64,000 nucleotides of DNA from Tequatrovirus BCH953P4, in sequence record OZ035789.1, one strand, 5' to 3'. The translations under genes and the position numbers were made by a program. The notes beneath the pieces were generated by a model. The model saw only the letters and a list, made by a program, of their open reading frames with translations. It made no database searches and was not told where the DNA came from. The first letter of the stretch is position 1; each line of letters starts with the position of its first letter. Below, piece after piece: positions 1 to 9,922 of this stretch.

Positions 1-69
1 TTTCTTTCTTCTTCCCCCTCCGAAGAGGGGGATTCATCGATAATTTCTAGATCTAAATCTAAATCATCT

Positions 70-1251
70 TTACTCATTAAATTCTTCCATATCACTTAAC
101 TGCTCGAGGTCAGTTTCTAAATCAGCAGCTGATTTACTTTTACTTTCTGGAGATTTAAATTTTTCAACCTTTGAGTTAATCAATTCATCAACTTCCGCTT
201 CAACAATTTCATTACTATCAATAGCACCTAACTGATAAGCACGTTTAATAGCATCTCGGAATGGTTGATGCTTAAATAAAGGACCCCAGAATGTAGTGCA
301 GTTGGTATCTTTTGCACGCCAAGATTTTTCTTCGCGAATCATCTCACCGGTTTCTTCATCAAGAAATTCACGGGCATACCAGCCATTTTTAGGTTTTACT
401 ACAAATCCTAATTCTAGAGCCATATCTAACAATCCAGAATAAGGATCGATACCACCGTCAAATTTAACATCAATAAAGAATTTACTTTTTTCTTTAACGG
501 TACGAGATTTTTCTACATTTAGAACAAATTGATACCCCTGAAGATCAGAACCATCTTTAATTTGACGTTTACCGATAATGAATACAGTATCAGCCGAATA
601 CATTACGCCTGTACCGCCTGTCATCACGGTTTTACTAAACATTTCAATTGTTTCAATTGTATGGTTAACCGCAACGCACGGAATATTTTTAATGCTAAAA
701 TAAGGAGTAACAATACGGAATAATGACTTCAGTGATTTAGCACGAGTCATATCTGCCACAGATTTTTCATTCAAGGCATCTTCCGTTTCTTTCTTAGAAG
801 CCATATTACCGATTGAGTCGATGAATACAATAACCTTTTCACCACGCTCAATAGTTTCAAGCTGATTCACCATATCAATTTTCAGCTGTTCAACTGATTG
901 GATTGGCGTATGAATTACTCGTTCCGGGTCAACTCCCATGGATCGCAAATAAGCTGGAGTAATACCAAATTCGCTATCATAGAATAGACAAACCGCATCA
1001 GGATATTTGTTCAAATACGCCGCAACCATAGTCAAAGACATATTTGATTTAAAGTGTTTAGAAGGCCCTGCGAAAATAGTTAAACCAGACTGCATACCAC
1101 CATCAATCGCGCCAGAAATAGCAATATTAAGCATTGGGATTTTTGTACGGATTACATCCTTTTCATTAAAGAATTTAGATGTAGTCAGTTCAGCAGTCAT
1201 TTTAGAAGTGGAAGCTTTAATCAAACGGGATTTTAAATCTGCAATAGACAT
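70..1251 (-). CDS. uvsX: UvsX RecA-like recombinase
   Basis: 393 aa; RecA-fold ATPase core; near-identical in length and recalled sequence to T4 UvsX; position next to the beta-gt locus and gene 42. Confidence 0.93.
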   Translation of the reverse strand: MSIADLKSRLIKASTSKMTAELTTSKFFNEKDVIRTKIPMLNIAISGAIDGGMQSGLTIFAGPSKHFKSNMSLTMVAAYLNKYPDAVCLFYDSEFGITPAYLRSMGVDPERVIHTPIQSVEQLKIDMVNQLETIERGEKVIVFIDSIGNMASKKETEDALNEKSVADMTRAKSLKSLFRIVTPYFSIKNIPCVAVNHTIETIEMFSKTVMTGGTGVMYSADTVFIIGKRQIKDGSDLQGYQFVLNVEKSRTVKEKSKFFIDVKFDGGIDPYSGLLDMALELGFVVKPKNGWYAREFLDEETGEMIREEKSWRAKDTNCTTFWGPLFKHQPFRDAIKRAYQLGAIDSNEIVEAEVDELINSKVEKFKSPESKSKSAADLETDLEQLSDMEEFNE

Positions 1252-1328
1252 TCATTTTTTCCATAGGCATCATTATATTTTCCTCACTGGTTAAAGATAG
1301 AGTAATTATAACACAATAAATTTAGGCA

Positions 1329-2171
1329 TTAATCAACTGCTATTGGATGAATAGCATTAAACTTATGAAATGCTTCTGATTTTTCTTTACGCGAAACGCA
1401 CATGCGAAGAACCTTTAGTGGTTCATCTTCTTCACCCAACGATTTTCGTTTTTCAATATTAGAAGTTTTCCAACGAGCTTGCTCTGGAAACTCTCTATTG
1501 ATTTGCTCAAGCGCTCTATTATGTTTAGAATTACTACGAATTGAACTGCACCCGCCAGGAGCTTGTGCTTTTCCAGATACAACCAGATATTTGAACAAGG
1601 CCAAATGCGGATAACCTTGATTAATTAAATTGAGAAATGCATACATATCTTCGCATAAATCAATTTTTCCATATCCAATTTGTTCTGTCGTAAGTTTTCC
1701 AAGGTCATACCATGTATTCGTGAATCCATATGAATTTTCACGATAATTACCCCAAGATGAAGTAATTTTAAAAATTGGTAGACGAGCATGGCCATGATAA
1801 TACCCGCAATCCATGGCATCTTCAACATATTGAATCAATTCATAGAACTGTTCACGAGTTAATTGATTAATTTTATCTACACAACGACGATCATCTCTTT
1901 TTCGCATTGAACTCATACGAATAGTAGTATCATCGTCAATCATCCAGATTCGTTGACCTGCATACATATCAGTAATTGCTTTACGAGTACCGGCAATTCC
2001 GTTTACATCATCAGGAATAGTTATAATTTTAGCTCTAGACCCATAGGCATCATAATAAGCTTTTTCTTCATGTTCACGCACTACAATATGGGGTTCATAA
2101 TCAGTCGGAAACATATCAAGGGCAGAAACTGCCCCGACACGCTGATAGCTCGGAATTACGAATTGAATCAT
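1329..2171 (-). CDS. GT-A fold glycosyltransferase with DxD motif (WMIDDDTTI) at the T4 beta-gt locus; not T4 beta-gt; possibly the T2/T6-type beta-glucosyl-HMC-alpha-glucosyltransferase
   Basis: 280 aa ORF between uvsX and gene 42; DxD motif; T4 beta-gt is about 351 aa with a different N-terminus (recalled). Confidence 0.7.
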   Translation of the reverse strand: MIQFVIPSYQRVGAVSALDMFPTDYEPHIVVREHEEKAYYDAYGSRAKIITIPDDVNGIAGTRKAITDMYAGQRIWMIDDDTTIRMSSMRKRDDRRCVDKINQLTREQFYELIQYVEDAMDCGYYHGHARLPIFKITSSWGNYRENSYGFTNTWYDLGKLTTEQIGYGKIDLCEDMYAFLNLINQGYPHLALFKYLVVSGKAQAPGGCSSIRSNSKHNRALEQINREFPEQARWKTSNIEKRKSLGEEDEPLKVLRMCVSRKEKSEAFHKFNAIHPIAVD

Positions 2172-2809
2172 TTAAGTGCCTTACATTTATCAAAATGGTA
2201 TCTTGTCATATTTGGCCCACGTCCTTTTAGTCCGCAATGCGGACATATTTTTTCTATCAAATTATGAGGTTTTCCTTTACGATTTTTAGACATCGTTTCT
2301 TTAATTATTTTAGCTTTTTCTACGCCAAAAATTTCTTCATAAGTTTTACCAGAATTTTCCTTGGCTCGATTTATAATTCCATATGCCTGCTCATTTTTAC
2401 CATACATTGGATTACCTTCGCCTTTCATTCTTTTAGAATGATCAGGACGCTTGATTCCACGAAAGGCATTTCCGCACTTATATCTTTCTTCTGGAGATAG
2501 TTTTTTACCGTACATTCCATTTAATTTGCCTGGAAAACTTCCTCCCCATGCTTCATTCTTTAAATTATATGAATCCGGACAATTAGCAGCATCTAAACAA
2601 GTTAAAATAATTTCTTCAACCTGTCTAAACATTGGTCCTTCATATAATATTTCTTTATTAAAGGATTTTATTCCATATTTCTTTTTAACATGTTGCCAAA
2701 CTACACCCGAACCATCATAATTCGGGTTGTGACCATCATGACTTCCTATATACCACTTTTTAGTTTTAGGATGTTTATACTTATAAACATGCGGCACATT
2801 TACTTCCAT
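2168..2809 (-). mobile_element. free-standing GIY-YIG homing endonuclease (Seg-like) with C-terminal zinc-finger-like module
   Basis: 213 aa; N-terminal VYKY...KWYIGSHDG GIY-YIG-like motif; C-terminal CPHCG...GPNMTRYHFDKC module; inserted between gene 42 and the glycosyltransferase. Confidence 0.65.
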
Positions 2810-3540
2810 TTTCCAGTATAATCCTTTTTAGCAATATGAGTCTCACCGGTGTTCCACCAATGGTCAACTAAATAAAACTGATTTTCGTACACATGAAGAC
2901 TTCCAACGTTCCATATAATAGAACCTGCTTTATATTGCCGCGATGGGTCGCCTGCATTCAAATCAGATACTAATTTATCTAGTACGTATTTTTGCCAAGC
3001 ATAATCATTACGATAGCCTGCCCAGCAATCATTGCTTCTCATGCTAACAACCGCATTGACTTTCTTATCACGAATCAGGTACTGTACTGTATTAGTACAC
3101 ATGAAATCTGACATACCATCTTTATTGTAATCAAATTGCATGGATGGACGAGTATAAATCATGATACCACGTCGAGAATCAGGATTTTGACCAAGTTCAG
3201 CTAAACACATATCATACTGGGCATAGTTATCTTCTGACCAAATAGCCCAACCATAATTCGAGTTAATTTCGCCTTTAGAAGATGCTACTTGTTGCCAAAT
3301 CTTCGGTGTTTCACCCGGAATATCTTTAACAAACAAACTCTTAGATTTATACCATTCAAGTTCACGCTGAATGTATTCATCATTAAGAGCGCCAAAAATA
3401 AACGGTTCATCTGCTACAAATGATGCGCCAATAATTTCAATAGTTTTAACACCAGTTTTATCAACTACGAAATCTTTTTCCTTTAATGCAGTTCCCAAAT
3501 AAAAACGGATTTCTTCAACTGTCATAGAGTCATTAATCAT
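2800..3540 (-). CDS. 42: dCMP hydroxymethylase (thymidylate synthase fold)
   Basis: 246 aa, same length as T4 gp42; conserved position upstream of the glycosyltransferase and uvsX. Confidence 0.88.
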   Translation of the reverse strand: MINDSMTVEEIRFYLGTALKEKDFVVDKTGVKTIEIIGASFVADEPFIFGALNDEYIQRELEWYKSKSLFVKDIPGETPKIWQQVASSKGEINSNYGWAIWSEDNYAQYDMCLAELGQNPDSRRGIMIYTRPSMQFDYNKDGMSDFMCTNTVQYLIRDKKVNAVVSMRSNDCWAGYRNDYAWQKYVLDKLVSDLNAGDPSRQYKAGSIIWNVGSLHVYENQFYLVDHWWNTGETHIAKKDYTGKWK

Positions 3541-3693
3541 TTAAACCTCAATTGATGCATTCATATTTAAATTGTAACAGTAATAAACCCCACCCTATGA
3601 TAAGAGTTGGAATCATAGCAGGAACTGTTACGCTATAGTATATACTTATTATAACCATCAAGATTAAAAGCAACACTGCTATAATTTTGCTTT

Positions 3694-3945
3694 TCATTCT
3701 TTCTCTCTGATGATAATTACCTGATTTGGCTGTGCAGACTTTTTAGTTTCACCAGCAATTGACCAAATAAATGTAATAAACCAACCAATAATTGACCAGT
3801 TAAACAGTAAAGATGTGAAAAAGATTCCTACTGTCGATTTTGACCCACGCATCAAGGCGATAAACCATGGAAGCATGTATATAATAATAGCCAACACGCC
3901 TGAAACTAAAACCATAAAAATTGAACCTGCTACTAAAGTTTCCAT
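3694..3945 (-). CDS. imm: Imm superinfection immunity membrane protein
   Basis: 83 aa, two hydrophobic helices; T4 imm is 83 aa and lies between 43 and 42. Confidence 0.8.
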   Translation of the reverse strand: METLVAGSIFMVLVSGVLAIIIYMLPWFIALMRGSKSTVGIFFTSLLFNWSIIGWFITFIWSIAGETKKSAQPNQVIIIREKE

Positions 3946-3952
3946 GTTTTCC

Positions 3953-4345
3953 TCACTTAGTCAAATTTTTTACACATGAATTATAAGAATTCACTACATA
4001 CTCCATCGGAGCATTTTTACCAGTACGCCATTGGTAATTATTAGCCCAATTAGCCCAAATTTCGGCGCAGTAGTTTTCAATTTTTTCTTCGCGTGTAATT
4101 ACATCAGAATTACGATATGCTTGAGCAGATTCATCTGGACGAATAGCTTCGTCAAAATTCGCCTGCATTTGTTCTACTGTTTGCTTTGGAGCTTCTTTAT
4201 AACACTTGACATTAGGATTATAAAATTTGCTTGAACAGTTTACAATTTTTCCTGCATCAGACTGATTTACTACCGGTCCTTGAGCTACACAACCAGTAAG
4301 ACCTAATGCAATAACCAAAATAGCGATTTTCATTTCATTCTCCAA
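3953..4345 (-). CDS. predicted lipoprotein (signal peptide with LTGC lipobox), imm.1 position
   Basis: 130 aa; N-terminal MKIAILVIALGLTGC; directly downstream of an early promoter. Confidence 0.65.
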   Translation of the reverse strand: MENEMKIAILVIALGLTGCVAQGPVVNQSDAGKIVNCSSKFYNPNVKCYKEAPKQTVEQMQANFDEAIRPDESAQAYRNSDVITREEKIENYCAEIWANWANNYQWRTGKNAPMEYVVNSYNSCVKNLTK

Positions 4346-4364
4346 ATCCGTATTAGTTGATAGT

Positions 4365-4398
4365 TGTATAGTACCATGGAAGAACAGTCTTGTAAACA
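4365..4398 (-). promoter_or_regulatory. T4 early-type sigma70 promoter (-35 GTTTACA, -10 TACTATACA, AT-rich UP element) driving the lipoprotein and imm
   Basis: plus strand shows tgtatagta ... tgtaaaca, i.e. reverse complement of the consensus; same element repeated at several other sites. Confidence 0.6.
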
Positions 4399-4514
4399 GT
4401 TTTGTGAAAAATTTTTTAGGGAATTCTAAAGGTCCAGAATCATCTGTTTTTCATAAGTATAGATTTATATTACTTGTATGAAAAAGGGACCCGGAGGTCC
4501 CTAGATTTATTCTA

Positions 4515-7211
4515 TCAGCCAAACAGGAAGTCTAACGAAGCTTTTTCTTCATAGTCCATACCAGCCGATTCACACATACCCGCAAGCGGTTTAACAAACG
4601 ATTTTTGGAACAAAGTTGAGTAGTCAATCCAAGATAGTACATCAGAACGAATTTCTTTTGGAAGTTCTGTACCCGACGGCCAAGCAATGCACTTGTCGCC
4701 AAATGGATTTCCTTCACGTAATGGAAGAACCATTACCTTATTTCCATCCAAAATTGGAGCTACACCTAGACCGCTAACAGCTCGACGATAAGTTAGCACA
4801 CCACGAATATGGAACGGGCATTTAAATCCTGGCCAACCTTTATCATCATATTTCGCTATATCGTTCGCAGTTTTTACTTCAGCAATAACTTTATAGTCAA
4901 GTTGACGATATTCTTTCTCGAAGTTTTTGTAATATTCTTGGACAGACTCTTCACCTTCCTGAAGAATACGACGAATACTTTCTTCGAGAGCTTCTTGCAC
5001 TGCTTTTGGTGTTGAACTCTGCTGAGTTTCCATACCCATGATTTTTAGATGTGGTTCAGCAAATCGCTTATCTTCCATATCATAAACGTTCAGAGCATAA
5101 CGCTTTTTCGCTTTCCAAAATCCACCAACGCCCTTTGAACCAAGTGGAGGGCAAGAAATAGCTTCACGGTCCATATGCATCAGATGCTCGCGGTTATTCA
5201 TATAATCACATAACTCGCGATATGCAACATCAATCATAGGTTCCATCTTTTTCTTACCGAACTGATTCATGAATTCAACTAAATCGTTCTGCTCTTTGAA
5301 TCGGTCAAGACCTACTTTTTCAATAACTTTATCTACGCAAACATATACCGAATCAGTATCACCTGCTGCAATGAAATCTTCGCCATTAGTTCCGCATACT
5401 TTATTCAGATATTCATTAATTTTACGAGCAATCCACTGAATACCAACTTGGCCGAAAATTGTGATAGCAGTAGCATTTCGCAAATCATAGTAACGGAAAT
5501 GAATATTACCAAGAGCACCATAAAGACTGTTAATAAGAATTTTACGGTTCAGCTGATTTGTGTTAGCAAGTGTAGCTGCTTTTTCACATTCTTCGATCAG
5601 ACTATTAAGAACAGATTCAGTGTAATTCGATAATTCATTTAAGAAATCATCACTGAACTTAACATATCGTTCAACTTCTGGTTTAGTTGAACAAGACCCT
5701 GCGCCTTTCATAATAATCTTTTTAATAGCTTCGGCATTCATTTCTTCAGCGAACATTTTCTTTTTCCAGTCTTTACGCTGGAAAAATACTTTAGCGATTT
5801 CCTTTGGAATGATACCTTCTTGATGCTTATCATACATCCATCCATTCGGAGAACAAGAATATTCATCACTCGGTTTAGGAGCTGTTCCTGCAATATATTC
5901 ATGAATTGGATGAACTTTAAACTGCCCACGAATAGTCTCAGGACTAATGTTAACCTGACGAATAATGCTAGGATACAGAGACGTCAAGTCAAAACTCATA
6001 ATATATCGACGAGCAATTGGTTTAGGTTCAAACACAAATGCACCCGGAAAACTTTGTTTAACGTGCGAACCCTGTTGAGGAATAACCTTATGTTCACCTT
6101 TCAATGAGTTAAAAATAATAGCATCCCAAGTTTTAATAGGACTCATTACGCCAGAAAAAGGCATTTTAGCATAATAAGACATACTTAAAACTAGATCGAT
6201 AAACCCGCGAATTTTATCAATTGCTTGAACTGATTCTACGTCAATGATGTTATAACTAATGTATCGTTGATGATTAGTTTCACGAAGTTTATTAATAGGA
6301 CCGTCGTATGGTAATTTACCTTTTTTGGTTTCATGTTGAGCAACTGATTCCAAAGAGAATGACGGCAAATTAGTAAAAGCGAATTTCTTGTACAAATCTA
6401 AATAATCAAGAATAGATACACCATCAATAGAATAAATTTCTTTGCTACCGTACATATTTTGAATTAGTTTAGATTTTACTCGACCGATTGGAGAGAAGCG
6501 TTTCATACTACGTTCACCGAGAACCATTTTAACACGATTCATGATATACGGAACGTCAAATCCCTCAATATTCCAACCAGTAAAAATAGCAGGTCGTTTC
6601 TGTTCCCAAAGATTGATATATTCCATGAGCATATCACGCTCGTTATCGAATGGCATATAAATTACTCGGTCAAGAATTTCTTGAGGAACTTCATCACCAC
6701 CTTCACAGTCAAGCTTAGCAGCTAACTTTGCATCCCATTTTGATACTGAACCGTACATTGAATTCAAAAGGTCGAAAACATAAAAACGATCGTCAATTGA
6801 ATCGTAATGAGTGATAGCATCAATTTCATATTCAGCTTTCATTGGGTCAGGAAATTTATCACCAGTAACCTCAATGTCACAGTTAGCTACGCGAACAAAT
6901 TTTCGGTCATAAACAATTTCTGAACCATATGTATCACTAATGTAAGCGAGTTTAAAATCGTTCATACCGAGAGCTTCGAGACCGATGTCTTCCATTCGCT
7001 TCATCCAGTCTCGTGCATCTTTCATTGATGGAAATTTTTGAGGAGCGCAATTTTTACCATAGATGTCTTTGTACTTTGACTCTTCCTTACAATGCCTAAA
7101 CATAGTCGGAAGATATTCTACTTCACGGGTACGTTCCTTTCCGTTTTCATCAATATAACGTTCAACAATGTTATTTCCGACTGTTTCGATAGAGATATAA
7201 AATTCTTTCAT
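4515..7211 (-). CDS. 43: DNA polymerase (family B) with 3'-5' exonuclease
   Basis: 898 aa, same length as T4 gp43; polymerase motifs including YGDTDS. Confidence 0.95.
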   Translation of the reverse strand: MKEFYISIETVGNNIVERYIDENGKERTREVEYLPTMFRHCKEESKYKDIYGKNCAPQKFPSMKDARDWMKRMEDIGLEALGMNDFKLAYISDTYGSEIVYDRKFVRVANCDIEVTGDKFPDPMKAEYEIDAITHYDSIDDRFYVFDLLNSMYGSVSKWDAKLAAKLDCEGGDEVPQEILDRVIYMPFDNERDMLMEYINLWEQKRPAIFTGWNIEGFDVPYIMNRVKMVLGERSMKRFSPIGRVKSKLIQNMYGSKEIYSIDGVSILDYLDLYKKFAFTNLPSFSLESVAQHETKKGKLPYDGPINKLRETNHQRYISYNIIDVESVQAIDKIRGFIDLVLSMSYYAKMPFSGVMSPIKTWDAIIFNSLKGEHKVIPQQGSHVKQSFPGAFVFEPKPIARRYIMSFDLTSLYPSIIRQVNISPETIRGQFKVHPIHEYIAGTAPKPSDEYSCSPNGWMYDKHQEGIIPKEIAKVFFQRKDWKKKMFAEEMNAEAIKKIIMKGAGSCSTKPEVERYVKFSDDFLNELSNYTESVLNSLIEECEKAATLANTNQLNRKILINSLYGALGNIHFRYYDLRNATAITIFGQVGIQWIARKINEYLNKVCGTNGEDFIAAGDTDSVYVCVDKVIEKVGLDRFKEQNDLVEFMNQFGKKKMEPMIDVAYRELCDYMNNREHLMHMDREAISCPPLGSKGVGGFWKAKKRYALNVYDMEDKRFAEPHLKIMGMETQQSSTPKAVQEALEESIRRILQEGEESVQEYYKNFEKEYRQLDYKVIAEVKTANDIAKYDDKGWPGFKCPFHIRGVLTYRRAVSGLGVAPILDGNKVMVLPLREGNPFGDKCIAWPSGTELPKEIRSDVLSWIDYSTLFQKSFVKPLAGMCESAGMDYEEKASLDFLFG

Positions 7212-7248
7212 AGATATTCCTTAGTTTATAGCCCGAGTTATTAGGCTC
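7212..7248 (-). promoter_or_regulatory. gp43 translational operator: hairpin GAGCC-UAAUAACU-CGGGCU next to the gene 43 Shine-Dalgarno
   Basis: minus strand reads GAGCCUAAUAACUCGGGCUAUAAACUAAGGAAUAUCUAUG, matching the recalled T4 gp43 autogenous operator. Confidence 0.65.
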
Positions 7249-7270
7249 TTGATATATTATACTCCAAATA

Positions 7271-7286
7271 AGGGGCCGAAGCCCCT
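7271..7286 (-). terminator. GC-rich hairpin, UUCG tetraloop on transcribed strand (AGGGGC-UUCG-GCCCCU), downstream of regA
   Basis: perfect 6-bp stem with 4-nt loop between the regA stop and the gene 43 start. Confidence 0.6.
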
Positions 7287-7289
7287 TGC

Positions 7290-7658
7290 TTAATTACCAA
7301 TCGTATATTTAGGAACGAGTTTCCATTCATGTTTTTGTTTAAAAGAAATAACTCGGAAGTTATTAGTTAAATCTTTCATAAAAGTTCTTTGACCAGGGAC
7401 GATTTCAATCAGTCCCCAATCTTCTAATAGCCATGCAATCGAATCACGACGAACTTCATCTTCTTCTGTCATTTCAACTTGGCGACCATCCATACGAAGC
7501 ATTTCTTTAAAATGAACGATATAGTATAGTCCTTTTTTCTGAAGAATATGACAGGACTGATACAGAACTTTATCTTTATTATTAGCAATTCCCATACGAG
7601 TCAAAGTTTCTTTTACTTTCAGAAAATCTTCAGGTTTTTTAAGAGTAATTTCAATCAT
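7290..7658 (-). CDS. regA: RegA translational repressor
   Basis: 122 aa as in T4; position between 62 and 43. Confidence 0.88.
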   Translation of the reverse strand: MIEITLKKPEDFLKVKETLTRMGIANNKDKVLYQSCHILQKKGLYYIVHFKEMLRMDGRQVEMTEEDEVRRDSIAWLLEDWGLIEIVPGQRTFMKDLTNNFRVISFKQKHEWKLVPKYTIGN

Positions 7659-7659
7659 T

Positions 7660-8223
7660 TTACCATTCCAATGCTAGTTTTTTGAGTTGTTTCTGTTCTT
7701 TTACGTTCTTAGTCACTTCTTTCAAAAAATCATCCGTGACTAATCCTTTTAGTTCTTTTAATACTAAAGGTAGTTTTCCATTTTTAGTAAGAATTGATTT
7801 ATAGTTAATTGCATCATTTGTATTAACTTGATACCGCTTAGCAAGTAACTTAATAATCAATACTTCGGTGGAATCTTCAACCAGTTTTGCCCATTTACCA
7901 TATCTTTTACCACGAGGAACTGCAGCCATTAGATAATTAAAATGAGCTTCATCACTTAAACCTGATCCAATTAAATTCATAGCATATACAGCTGGCATGC
8001 ACTCCGGAAATTGTGATAATGCATTTTCAACCATGAATTTTGAATAATCTTTTTGAGCAATAGAGCATTTAGTTTTATTATTAATAGCTCCAATTATTTC
8101 AAAAAATTCATTTTCAGCTTTTTCTTTAAAAGAATCAGCAGCAGATTGGACAGCTGTCCAATCTTTTGAATACCAAGCAACTTGATGCTCGTTTAATTGA
8201 ATATCATCTTCAAATAAGCTCAT
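7660..8223 (-). CDS. 62: clamp loader small subunit
   Basis: 187 aa from the internal Met MSLFEDD (ORF track extends 7 codons upstream); start overlaps the gene 44 stop. Confidence 0.85.
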   Translation of the reverse strand: MSLFEDDIQLNEHQVAWYSKDWTAVQSAADSFKEKAENEFFEIIGAINNKTKCSIAQKDYSKFMVENALSQFPECMPAVYAMNLIGSGLSDEAHFNYLMAAVPRGKRYGKWAKLVEDSTEVLIIKLLAKRYQVNTNDAINYKSILTKNGKLPLVLKELKGLVTDDFLKEVTKNVKEQKQLKKLALEW

Positions 8224-8224
8224 A

Positions 8225-9184
8225 TCACTTCCACTGCATTTCACATGCTAATTGAATGAAAAGATAAGCTAAATGTAATTCAGTGTTAGCTGCAATTCCA
8301 TGATACTGATTATTTTCACCAACAATTTCGTACATACGAATAATACTTTGCGGAGTTACACGTGAATAGATTTCTTCGGCAAGTTTACCCACAAACCACG
8401 AATAATCAGCCGCATATTTTGGTGCTAAAGCTCTGAGTTGTTTAACATCTTTATTTTTGAGAGACTCAAGAACATCATCAATAGCACCACGATCGTTAGT
8501 AACCAGTGATAAAATACCAGCATCCAAAACACCTTTAGATGAATAACTATCGAGCTCGCCAATAGTTTTACGAAAATCAGGAAAATTCTTTTTAACCAAA
8601 GCTGCTACAACTTTCATATCAGCTATAGCAATTCCTTCATGCTTGCAGATTTCAGTCAATCGACGAATCATCTGCTTCATCATTTCAATTTTATCTTCAT
8701 CGGTCGGTTGACCGAATGTAATAACTCGGCAGCGTGACTGAAGCGGTTTAATAATACCATCAATATTGTTAGCAGTAATAATAATACTACAGTTTGAACT
8801 ATAAGCTTCCATAAAGGAACGAAGATGTCGCTGAGATTCTGCTAAACCTGAACGGTCAAATTCATCAATAACAATTACCTTTTGACGACCATCAAATGAA
8901 GCTGCACTCGCAAAATTAGTTAAAGGACCACGAACGAAATCAATTTTACAATCTGATCCATTCACAAACATCATATCAGCATTTACATCATGACACAATG
9001 CTTTTGCTACAGTTGTTTTACCTGTTCCTGGAGAAGGAGAATGAAGAATAATATGTGGAATCTTACCTTTACTTGTAATAGATTTAAAGGTTTCTTTATC
9101 AAAGGCGGGAAGAATACATTCATCGATAGTAGATGGACGATATTTCTGTTCAAGAATGTGTTCTTTTTCATTTACGGTAATCAT
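8225..9184 (-). CDS. 44: clamp loader ATPase subunit (AAA+, RFC-like)
   Basis: 319 aa from MITVNEKEH; Walker [11 protein letters not shown]; arginine finger SRC. Confidence 0.9.
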
Positions 9185-9216
9185 AATTTCCTCATTCAAG
9201 TTTTAGTGTAAATTAT

Positions 9217-9234
9217 AAAGGGCCGAAGCCCTTT
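9217..9234 (-). terminator. hairpin AAAGGGC-UUCG-GCCCUUU between genes 45 and 44
   Basis: 7-bp stem, UUCG loop on the minus strand. Confidence 0.6.
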
Positions 9235-9235
9235 A

Positions 9236-9922
9236 TTAAAAATCGTGGGTAGAATCAGCTTCAAGAGCTACCACATAATTCGCGTGTTCACCTTCAAATT
9301 TAGCAGCACCTTGTTTACCTTTTGCCCAGAGCAGAAGTTTATAATTTCCTGGTTGCATTTTCATATTTGCCATATTGATAATGAAATTAAATGTATTTTC
9401 ACCATCATAATCACCAAGAGTCAAAGAATATTTAACACGGGTCAGAGCAGAATCTTCTACTTTATTAAAACCGTTAATTACGATTTTACCTTCTTTTACT
9501 GTGATAGCAATTGTATCAATCTGCAGACCGCGAGATACACGCAACAGCTGTTGAAGGTCTTCAGCTTTAATTTCGGTAACAACAGATGCTACCGGGAATG
9601 GAATTGGTTTATTAGGAGCAACTACTGTACTCGGATCGGCTGCTGGCCAAAAAATTGTTGAGCGAGCATCAGCAATTTTAATATTTCCATCTTCTGATTG
9701 CGAAATTTCTGCATCATCATTAACTAGAGACAGAATACCGAGAAAACCGTTCAAATCGTAAATTGCTACATCAAAATCAATAACGTCAGAAATATTTGCT
9801 TCCGCATAAGTTGTACCATTAACTGCGCGAGTCATAATAAATTGACCGGATTTAAGCATAATACCGGAGTTAATAGTAGCGAAATTTTTCAAAATATTCA
9901 GTGTGTCTTTAGATAATTTCAT
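9236..9922 (-). CDS. 45: sliding clamp
   Basis: 228 aa as in T4 gp45; position upstream of 44/62. Confidence 0.9.
   Translation of the reverse strand: MKLSKDTLNILKNFATINSGIMLKSGQFIMTRAVNGTTYAEANISDVIDFDVAIYDLNGFLGILSLVNDDAEISQSEDGNIKIADARSTIFWPAADPSTVVAPNKPIPFPVASVVTEIKAEDLQQLLRVSRGLQIDTIAITVKEGKIVINGFNKVEDSALTRVKYSLTLGDYDGENTFNFIINMANMKMQPGNYKLLLWAKGKQGAAKFEGEHANYVVALEADSTHDF

Noticed and set aside
1329-2171. Calling this gene T4 beta-glucosyltransferase on synteny alone
   Set aside because: Length (280 aa versus about 351) and N-terminal sequence do not match my recollection of T4 beta-gt; annotated as a different DxD glycosyltransferase instead.
529-9661. Plus-strand ORFs embedded antisense in minus-strand genes (e.g. 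529..723, 1007..1294, 5820..6107, 8990..9211, 9245..9661)
   Set aside because: They lie wholly within well-supported genes on the other strand (uvsX, 43, 44, 45), are low-complexity and lack start contexts; treated as antisense frame artefacts of AT-rich DNA.
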